A DNA stretch of 40,898 nucleotides from Myxococcales bacterium. Its GTDB lineage: Bacteria; Myxococcota_A; Polyangia; Polyangiales; Polyangiaceae. Positions 26,988 through 33,138 of the stretch are shown piece by piece. Where the stretch lies: positions 1 through 40,898 of the forward strand of contig JAHFDV010000002.1 of assembly GCA_023248815.1 (NCBI GenBank). The letters are read 5' to 3'. The notes below the pieces were generated by a model that saw only the letters and a program-made list of their open reading frames with translations, made no database searches and was not told where the DNA came from. The position numbers and the translations under genes were made by a program. The first letter of the stretch is position 1, and every line of letters starts with the position of its first letter.

Positions 26988-28835
26988 ATGGCAGACATCA
27001 ACTGGATCTTCGAGATGGTGGACAAGGTGAGCAAGCCGCTCGACGACGTCCAGAAGAAACTCGACGCGATGCCGAAGAGCGCCGACGCCGTCGAGAAGGC
27101 GATCGCGAAGGTAGAGCGCGCGATGATGCTCAAGAAGATCCAAGGGACGTCGGACCCTCTCCAGAAGACACTGCTCACGCTGAAGGCGCAGCAGAAGGCG
27201 CTGAAGGAGAACGGCGGCGTCCTCGGTTGGTTCAAGGACAAGCTCGGCGGCAATGGCGTAGCAGCGGGCGTCGCAGGCGCGGGCGTGCTGCTCTTTGCGA
27301 GCGCTGCGGGGTCGCTCATGCACAGCTTGCTCGGAGCTGGGGTGGGGATGGCGAAACTCGCCTTCGAGTCGTCGGAGGGCAAGCGCGCCATGATGGGCGC
27401 GCTCGAGGTGTTCGAAGGCAGCGGCACCGATGCCGCATTCGACACGCTTCAACAGATGGGCATCAAGGCCGGCGTCTCCGCTGACGCAACCGTCGAAGCT
27501 TTCACGCGCATGCGCACGGCCGGCTTCAAGGCGAAGGAAGCACAGGACATCATCGCCGCATCCTTCGACCTCTCGGCCAAGTTTGGCGGTGGAGAGAAGG
27601 GGCTCGAACACGCGACCAAGTTCCAAGACCTGATGGCGAAGGTTGACGTGCTCTCGAAGTCGGGAGCGAAAGACATGAAGGCCGCCGTTCTCGGCGCCGG
27701 CGTCAACATCGACGCTTTGCAGGCGTCGGTCGCGCAAAGAATGAAGGTGCCGGTCGATCAAGCGAAGACGTTGCTCGCTGAAGGAAAAGTCGGCGAGGCG
27801 ACCATGAAGAACGCGCTCATCGATGCTGTGCAAGACTCGCTCGACAATGGTGGAGCACTCGGTAGCAATGCTCTCAAGTTCGCGAAGGGCAGCATCGTCG
27901 CGCAGGTCACGAGTCTGAAGGGGGTCTTCGACAACATTTTCGAAGACGTCAATCTCGGCCCATTCGCCAGCGTGCTCGGAAGGATCACCGACGAGCTTTC
28001 TCGCAAAGGCGGGCCCGCCGACAAACTCAAGGCCATGGCGGGTGGCGCTTTCGAAATGGTCGGAGCTTTCACTTCCGGAATCGACATCGCCGGGGTCATC
28101 GGAACCGTTGTCGACTGGATCGGCAAAGGCGGCGACCTCATCGGGGAACTAGTTTCGGGCTTCAACGAAGTCTTCAACTCCGTCATGATCGACACGATCG
28201 ATCAGATGTCCGGCTCTACGCAGGGTATGGGGATGTCGTTCGAAGACGTGAAGATGGTTATCCACGCGACCGGGCAAGTGCTCGGGACGATGGTGACGAT
28301 TGGCTACGCCGTCGGCAAGGCCGTCATCGGCGTCGTCGAGACGATCGCCGAAGCGGTGATGGGGCTCGGCATGGCGCTCGGTTGGATTCTCGACAAGATG
28401 GGACTCATCGGCGAGGAAGCCCCGAAGTTTGGCGGTGCGTTCAAGGATGGCCTCGACCAGGGCACGAACGCTATCAAGGGCGGCAAGTTCGCGGACACCG
28501 TTTACGACGAGTACGCCGTTCAGCCTGGCGCGAAAATGGAAGTCGCTTCCCCGTCGAAGGTGACGACGCGCATCGGTGGTCACATTGCCGAAGGCTACAA
28601 CGTCGGCTTCGACGACAAGATCGGCACGGGCGACGTGCAAAGCTTCCTCTCGAGCGACTCGGTCGCTTTCGATTCATCCGGCTACTCCGATAGCGGGAGC
28701 GGCATCCGCGATGTCAACGTCACGTTCGGAGACATCTACGTCAACGGCGACAGCGCAAGCGCGATCGCGAACGACCTCCGCGCGCAAGTTCGCGTCGAGG
28801 TGATTGGGCTCTTCGAAGAGATGGGACAAGGGTAA
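26988..28835 (+). CDS. Tape-measure-like protein
   Basis: The ATG is preceded by GGAGCGAAGGAG. The 615-aa product is largely helical with Gly/Ala-rich hydrophobic stretches (GVAAGVAGAGVLLFASAAG; IAGVIGTVVDWIG; GLGMALGWIL). It also has a TMP-core-like segment, LQQMGIKAGVSADATVEAFTRMRTAGFKAKEAQDII. Confidence 0.5.
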   Translation: MADINWIFEMVDKVSKPLDDVQKKLDAMPKSADAVEKAIAKVERAMMLKKIQGTSDPLQKTLLTLKAQQKALKENGGVLGWFKDKLGGNGVAAGVAGAGVLLFASAAGSLMHSLLGAGVGMAKLAFESSEGKRAMMGALEVFEGSGTDAAFDTLQQMGIKAGVSADATVEAFTRMRTAGFKAKEAQDIIAASFDLSAKFGGGEKGLEHATKFQDLMAKVDVLSKSGAKDMKAAVLGAGVNIDALQASVAQRMKVPVDQAKTLLAEGKVGEATMKNALIDAVQDSLDNGGALGSNALKFAKGSIVAQVTSLKGVFDNIFEDVNLGPFASVLGRITDELSRKGGPADKLKAMAGGAFEMVGAFTSGIDIAGVIGTVVDWIGKGGDLIGELVSGFNEVFNSVMIDTIDQMSGSTQGMGMSFEDVKMVIHATGQVLGTMVTIGYAVGKAVIGVVETIAEAVMGLGMALGWILDKMGLIGEEAPKFGGAFKDGLDQGTNAIKGGKFADTVYDEYAVQPGAKMEVASPSKVTTRIGGHIAEGYNVGFDDKIGTGDVQSFLSSDSVAFDSSGYSDSGSGIRDVNVTFGDIYVNGDSASAIANDLRAQVRVEVIGLFEEMGQG

Positions 28836-29251
28836 TGATGAGTGCAGAGGACACCAACGCTCCTACGACGCTGACCTCGGACGAGCTCGATGCGGTGGTG
28901 CGATACCTATCCAGCCTCGGCACGCCGGCGCCTTGCCCTGTCTGCAGCGCGAACGCGTGGTTCGTGTTGAGAGAGCTCGTGTGCCAGCCGATGGTGAAGC
29001 CCAACTCAACGCTTCTCCTGGATTGGTGCGTTCCGTTCGTCACCCTGACCTGCAACGCTTGCTCGTTCGCGAGGCAGTTCGCATGGCAAACGCTGCGCGA
29101 GCGTGTCTTCGGATCATCGCTCACCCATACCCCCCCGCCAAAATTACAGCGGAAGCGCAAAATGGCCGACGGCGGCCGCCTTCGGCTCAAAACGCATTCT
29201 GAACGAAACTTTGCATATGCGAACCGTCATCCAGTGGAGGTGAAACCGTGA
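28835..29251 (+). CDS. Small protein with two CxxC pairs (zinc-ribbon-like)
   Basis: The start overlaps the stop as TAATG. The CxxC pairs are CPVCSANAW... and ...LTCNACSF. The C-terminus is basic. Confidence 0.5.
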   Translation: MMSAEDTNAPTTLTSDELDAVVRYLSSLGTPAPCPVCSANAWFVLRELVCQPMVKPNSTLLLDWCVPFVTLTCNACSFARQFAWQTLRERVFGSSLTHTPPPKLQRKRKMADGGRLRLKTHSERNFAYANRHPVEVKP

Positions 29252-29688
29252 AACTGACGCCCGAAATTCTCGAAGAGCTCTTGAGGCTCCGCGCATCCGG
29301 CAAAACGCAAAACGATCTGCAGAAGCACGTCCTCAAAAAGCACGGCATCAAGGTGAACCAGTCGTCGCTCTCTCGCTGCCTCGCGAAGCATCGTGGCGAG
29401 CGCGCCGAAATTTCGCGCGCCGTGGTCCAAGCATATGCGGAGAAGTCGATCCCGGCAGATCTCGAAGCGATGGATCGCGTGCAGGAGAAAAACCTGCAAC
29501 TCCTCGACGAAGCGCAGGAGGCCGCGCGGAAGGTTCCATCGCTGGCGAATGTCGACAAGGTAGTCAAGCTCACCGCGGCCGTCGCGCGCGCAGACGAGAC
29601 GAAACGTAAGGCACTCGGTCTCGATGACCCGACCGAGTCGATCAACTACCAGGGCCTTGCAGATCTCGTGGGCCTCGCACTCGAATGA
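29248..29688 (+). CDS. HTH plus coiled-coil protein with small-terminase-like architecture (speculative)
   Basis: The GTG start is GTGA-coupled. The N-terminal HTH is LTPEILEELLRLRASGKTQNDLQKHVLKKHGIKVNQSSLSRCL, followed by a helical region. Confidence 0.45.
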   Translation: MKLTPEILEELLRLRASGKTQNDLQKHVLKKHGIKVNQSSLSRCLAKHRGERAEISRAVVQAYAEKSIPADLEAMDRVQEKNLQLLDEAQEAARKVPSLANVDKVVKLTAAVARADETKRKALGLDDPTESINYQGLADLVGLALE

Positions 29689-29930
29689 GAGCGAACACGC
29701 TTCCCGCGATCGCCGCGCTGCTTCTGCATAAGCCGCATCCCGCCGAGGATATTTCGGACGAGCTCGCCGTGCTCGAGAACCTGCACGCGCTGTTCTTCGC
29801 GCTTGAGGTGCGGACGCTCGACGAGGCGGTCGGCATGGCCGCCGGCCTCGTGGCGAAGGGCAAGCTCTACGACACCGAGCACGAACTCTTCACCGCTCTA
29901 TTCAAGAACCAACAACCGAAAGAAGAATGA
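29685..29930 (+). CDS. Small protein carrying the scaffold-like LxVxTxxEAxGxxxGL motif
   Basis: ALEVRTLDEAVGMAAGLVAKGKLYDTEHE (nt 29799-29852 and a little beyond) is paralogous to motifs in the 26387 and 29927 genes. The ORF is ATGA-coupled. Confidence 0.5.
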   Translation: MRANTLPAIAALLLHKPHPAEDISDELAVLENLHALFFALEVRTLDEAVGMAAGLVAKGKLYDTEHELFTALFKNQQPKEE

Positions 29931-30484
29931 GGCACCAAATGACCCGACCAATGATGACCAGCCAATTCCGATCAGGCTCGCTCGACGAACAGCTCGAGCG
30001 AATCAGGAACCGAAGTAAGGCCGCTGCTTCCGACAACGGCTCGGGCGCGAAGCCTGAGGAGCTGCAGAAACTCTTCGACACTCTCGGTGTGAAAACGATC
30101 GCCGAGGCGATCGGCGCCGCGGCGGGACTCGTCGTGAAGGGCGCCAAGTACGACGAGGAGCACGCGGACGAGGAGGATCCGCCGACGGGTGAACAGGCGG
30201 CGTCCCACCGTCCCCATGCTCACGCGAGCAGCTCGTCGACAGGTGCTCGGCTCACCCTTCGAGAGCGTGAGATCGCTGCTCGTCACGGCGTGTCGGCCGA
30301 AGACTTCCTGGCGCAAAAGAGAGTATTCACGGGGGAGCCGCCTGTGGCGTCTTCACCGCAGCGTGCGAGCGGGTCGCCGACGAAGATCACCCAACGCGGG
30401 CGCCAGCTTGCCGCGCTGAGAGGAGTAAGCGAGGAAGAGTGGCTTGCCGAACGGCAGAAGGTCGTGACGGGTCACTTCGGGTGA
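29927..30484 (+). CDS. Scaffold-motif protein (paralogous motifs)
   Basis: It carries TLGVKTIAEAIGAAAGLVVKGAKYDEEHA (nt 30080-30133 and a little beyond). It also has two copies of the xTxRxxxxAxxxGVSxEDF/WLAxxQ motif (LTLREREIAARHGVSAEDFLAQKR and ITQRGRQLAALRGVSEEEWLAERQ). Confidence 0.55.
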   Translation: MRHQMTRPMMTSQFRSGSLDEQLERIRNRSKAAASDNGSGAKPEELQKLFDTLGVKTIAEAIGAAAGLVVKGAKYDEEHADEEDPPTGEQAASHRPHAHASSSSTGARLTLREREIAARHGVSAEDFLAQKRVFTGEPPVASSPQRASGSPTKITQRGRQLAALRGVSEEEWLAERQKVVTGHFG

Positions 30485-30831
30485 CGGAGCTCGGCCCCGT
30501 CCTCACCGTCGCCGAGCTCGCGACGAAAGCAGGCTGGAACTATCAACGGATGTGGCGGCACCTCCGCGCGCTCAACGATGAACGCGGAGGTACGCTGCTT
30601 CGCAACACGTCGCGCTCGAAGAAGCGAGCTCGCTGGACGGCGAGCCTCGCCGCGCTTCGCTCGGCGTCTCCCGAGTGGTTTGGCGCGGGCGGAGCGCTTA
30701 CTGACCAGGAAAGCTATGAAGATCTCGACGCGCGCGTGCGCCGACTCGAGCACACGCTCGAAGCGCTGATTCGGAAGGACTTAAGGGAACGGGCGTCAGC
30801 GCCCCTTCAAGTAGCGCGCCGCGCGAGCTAA
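30481..30831 (+). CDS. HTH DNA-binding protein (excisionase/MerR-like N-terminus)
   Basis: The GTG start is GTGA-coupled. The sequence is VTELGPVLTVAELATKAGWNYQRMWRHLRAL followed by a coiled-coil tail. Confidence 0.5.
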   Translation: MTELGPVLTVAELATKAGWNYQRMWRHLRALNDERGGTLLRNTSRSKKRARWTASLAALRSASPEWFGAGGALTDQESYEDLDARVRRLEHTLEALIRKDLRERASAPLQVARRAS

Positions 30832-30878
30832 GCCGCAAGCGAAGCGAAACTTCGCACTCGTGCGCTACCAATCAACGC

Positions 30879-31067
30879 ATGAGGGTCTGGATAGGTGCGA
30901 GCGGAAGCAAGCCGCCGCGAATCTTCGCGTCAGAAAGCTCGGCGAAGAAGGCCGGTCAGTTCGAGGCTTACTTTAATAGCTACCCCGCCGAACTCACGCG
31001 TGACGTCTTTGAGCAGCTCTGCGAAGCAATGCGAGAGCCCGGCGACGGGCACCAGGAAGAACCTTAG
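30879..31067 (+). CDS. Small hypothetical protein
   Basis: This 62-aa ORF is the last gene of the rightward block. Its stop overlaps the stop of the convergent minus-strand ORF. Confidence 0.4.
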   Translation: MRVWIGASGSKPPRIFASESSAKKAGQFEAYFNSYPAELTRDVFEQLCEAMREPGDGHQEEP

Positions 31068-31333
31068 GAAGGACGGCTGTGATCAGCGCGCTCGAGCTGC
31101 TCTTCGGCTGCGCGCATTGTGCGGAGCGCGAGCACGATCGCTTCTCGTGCGGCGGAGGTCCTGCCGTGGTCGTACTCGACGAGTAGAGTGCTCAGTTCGT
31201 TGGAGGCAGAGGCGAGGGTGTCGCGAAGGGATTGCATATGATGCGCATCGACCATTCCTCGCGCTGGGTTGCTTCCCGAAGCACGAGGAGTCCGCCCCGT
31301 CGCCAAACTGCGCGACGGGGCTTCCTCACTCAT
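31064..31333 (-). CDS. Hypothetical protein
   Basis: The MSEEAPSRS... start at 31333 lies inside tracked ORF 31064-31381. It begins 5 nt after the stop of the small upstream ORF. Confidence 0.4.
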   Translation of the reverse strand: MSEEAPSRSLATGRTPRASGSNPARGMVDAHHMQSLRDTLASASNELSTLLVEYDHGRTSAAREAIVLALRTMRAAEEQLERADHSRPS

Positions 31334-31337
31334 CACC

Positions 31338-31466
31338 TCACGCGCCGAATGGCCACGCGCGGTATCCGTAGTCCGCAGCAAACATCAGCTTTCCAGTGCG
31401 GTAGTGGCGATAAACCGTACAAAAACCACGACCTGCCTTGGAACGCTTTTTATTTTTGCGTTTCAT
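31338..31466 (-). CDS. Very small basic protein (42 aa), hypothetical
   Basis: The minus-strand translation is MKRKNKKRSKAGRGFCTVYRHYRTGKLMFAADYGYRAWPFGA*. It is below the ORF-track size cutoff. An AAAGGG sequence lies upstream. Its third-position GC is lower than that of its neighbours. Confidence 0.3.
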   Translation of the reverse strand: MKRKNKKRSKAGRGFCTVYRHYRTGKLMFAADYGYRAWPFGA

Positions 31467-31597
31467 GGGGGTACACCCTTTCCGCTGCTCGAGAGCTGAG
31501 CGCTTGACTAAGGGGGTCCGACGGATGCACGCTATCTGTCCCTGCAGAGTGCGCGTCGGCTTACGTCAATACGTTGGCCCGGCAGCATTAGGCCAAT

Positions 31598-31640
31598 CGA
31601 ACGTCACAGGCGCCAACCCGTGACGTTCGAAACTTTTTGT
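31598..31640 (+). terminator. Perfect 10-bp inverted repeat followed by a T-run (terminator or operator)
   Basis: CGAACGTCAC (31598-31607), a 12-nt loop, then GTGACGTTCG (31620-31629), followed by AAACTTTTTGT. TTACGTCA direct repeats flank it at 31561-31568 and 31648-31655. Confidence 0.45.
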
Positions 31641-31652
31641 CTTGGGATTACG

Positions 31653-32270
31653 TCACTCGTACCTCCCAAGAAGTTTCAGTCTCTTCAGATGCGAGCGCAT
31701 CATGCTCCCGCTTACCTCGAAGCGGTCTGCCAGGGCTTGGACGGTGTTCTCGCCAGACGCGAGAATGGCCGCACGAGGCGCCAGAAAATTCCCGGCGAAA
31801 GCCCACGCCTGCCATTCCGGGTCTCGGTACGGCGGGATTTCGTCCCTTCGCATCTTGCGATTCAGGAGGGTCTCAGCGTTCGGGAGACTCATGCGTCTCC
31901 TAAGTATAGGTACGTGCAAAATGGCGTGACCAAGCTCGTGCGCGAGCGTCGCACGAGCGCGATTTGCAGCGCGCCCCCCATCGAGCAGCTCGTGCCAAAG
32001 CGACTGCTGAATGAGGATGTGCGTCTCGTCCTTCTCGGTCGCGATGGGCACGGTAGCGGCCAGCCGGTCTTCCAACTCGACCGCGCTCGCCGGATAGACG
32101 TGAATACCGTACGCGGGAAGCTGCTCGACCAATGAGACGAGGTCAATCGCGCAAGACGCCTCTGCGCCTCCGTCGTAAAATAGGCCGCGAGTGCTGGCGC
32201 CGATGGCCTCAATGCCGGCCGTCGGAACGGGCGGCATCATAGGAACGCGCTCGGTGCCAAAGTCACTCAT
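31653..32270 (-). CDS. ImmA/IrrE-family zinc metallopeptidase
   Basis: The HEXXH motif lies in ATLAHELGHAILH. The MSDFG start at 32270 overlaps the stop of the upstream XRE gene by 8 nt. This is the typical XRE-ImmA pair of mobile elements. Confidence 0.8.
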   Translation of the reverse strand: MSDFGTERVPMMPPVPTAGIEAIGASTRGLFYDGGAEASCAIDLVSLVEQLPAYGIHVYPASAVELEDRLAATVPIATEKDETHILIQQSLWHELLDGGRAANRARATLAHELGHAILHVPILRRRMSLPNAETLLNRKMRRDEIPPYRDPEWQAWAFAGNFLAPRAAILASGENTVQALADRFEVSGSMMRSHLKRLKLLGRYE

Positions 32271-32646
32271 CGTCGTCCTCACTGTTCAGAATAGAGAGTA
32301 GGGCGTCGAGTTCGGCGGGCCGCAGGTCACGGCGGTCTATGCGACGCGCAAGTGCGAGGCCCAAGTCTAAATATGCGCGCGGCGCGTCCGTAAGCTCAAG
32401 CTGCACGCCTCTGAGTGGCGCCATTTCGCGTTCGATCTCGTCCTCAGAGAAGCCCGGGATGATCTCGGCGAGCTGCTTCCAGCGCTCGCGTTTCAGGGAT
32501 GTGCGCACACCGCGTTCAACTTCGGCGATCAAGACATGCGAGACGCTCATTGCATCGGCCACTTCGCGAAGACTCATTCCAGCCGCGATGCGTCGTTTGC
32601 GCAGGTATCTGCCGAAAACGCTGGGTTCCGGGGTCTTGTTAACCAT
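32263..32646 (-). CDS. XRE-family HTH repressor (cI/ImmR-like)
   Basis: The HTH is FGRYLRKRRIAAGMSLREVADAMSVSHVLIAEVERG. The start is uncertain: MVNKTPE at 32646 is preferred, but the ORF stays open to the GTG at 32739. Confidence 0.8.
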   Translation of the reverse strand: MVNKTPEPSVFGRYLRKRRIAAGMSLREVADAMSVSHVLIAEVERGVRTSLKRERWKQLAEIIPGFSEDEIEREMAPLRGVQLELTDAPRAYLDLGLALARRIDRRDLRPAELDALLSILNSEDDDE

Positions 32647-32787
32647 CTGGTTCACAGGAGAACACATCACCTTGTTATCGTCCAAAAATTTGGCCATTTT
32701 TGAAATATGAAAATGAATTTTGGTAGGACCATTCAGCACTTGAACGTTTGAGCAGTGACTTGGACGAAGGTTTAGTTACTTTCGACC

Positions 32788-32841
32788 TGGACAACGTCGT
32801 AGCTCGTTGTATATACATTGGGCGACTGTAGTACGTCGTAC
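32788..32841 (+). promoter_or_regulatory. Candidate rightward promoter with overlapping palindromic operators in the AT-rich divergent region
   Basis: TGGACA (32788-32793), a 16-nt spacer, then TATATA (32810-32815). ACAACG-N8-CGTTGT (32791-32810) sits between them. Also present are the perfect palindrome TGTATATACA (32808-32817), GTACG-T-CGTAC (32831-32841), and the direct 8-mer ACGTCGTA at 32793-32800 and 32833-32840. Confidence 0.35.
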
Positions 32842-32858
32842 ATACGAAAGGCGCCGTC

Positions 32859-33038
32859 GTGCATACTGATTCGATGCGAGAGAAGGTGTTCAACATCCGC
32901 TTCAGCGAGGAGGAGTGGGCACGAATCCAAGCACTCGCGGCTCATCACGAGTTGCCCGCTGCTCAGATTCTTCGACTGCTCATCAAGCGCGAACACGCGG
33001 CCATCTTCCCTGCGCCGGCAAAGAAGTCGAAGCGTTGA
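32859..33038 (+). CDS. Ribbon-helix-helix (CopG/Arc/MetJ-like) small protein upstream of int; candidate Cro or excision factor
   Basis: The GTG at 32859 is preceded by GAAAGG 8 nt upstream. The translation is VHTDSMREKVFNIRFSEEEWARIQALAAHHELPAAQILRLLIKREHAAIFPAPAKKSKR*. A beta-strand followed by two helices is the typical RHH pattern. At 59 aa it falls just below the track cutoff. Confidence 0.6.
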   Translation: MHTDSMREKVFNIRFSEEEWARIQALAAHHELPAAQILRLLIKREHAAIFPAPAKKSKR

Positions 33039-33138
33039 AAATGAAAGCTCCCGCGCTGCGCTAACAGCCGGGAGCGTGGTCCGACCTAGGAAAGAGATCG
33101 AACAATGCAAACCCTAACTCTCGCACTCGAGGTGCGCC

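Noticed and set aside
26988-28835. Tape-measure-like gene as proof of a complete tailed prophage
   Set aside because: No tail tube, sheath, baseplate, capsid, portal or large terminase genes accompany it within the att-bounded 16 kb. The TMP call itself rests only on composition and a core-like motif.
32772-33117. Tracked ORFs 32818-33117(+) and 32772-33110(-) upstream of int
   Set aside because: Both have Ser/Arg/Cys-rich implausible composition. The third frame encodes a clean 59-aa ribbon-helix-helix protein with an SD and GC-rich third positions, so I prefer that.
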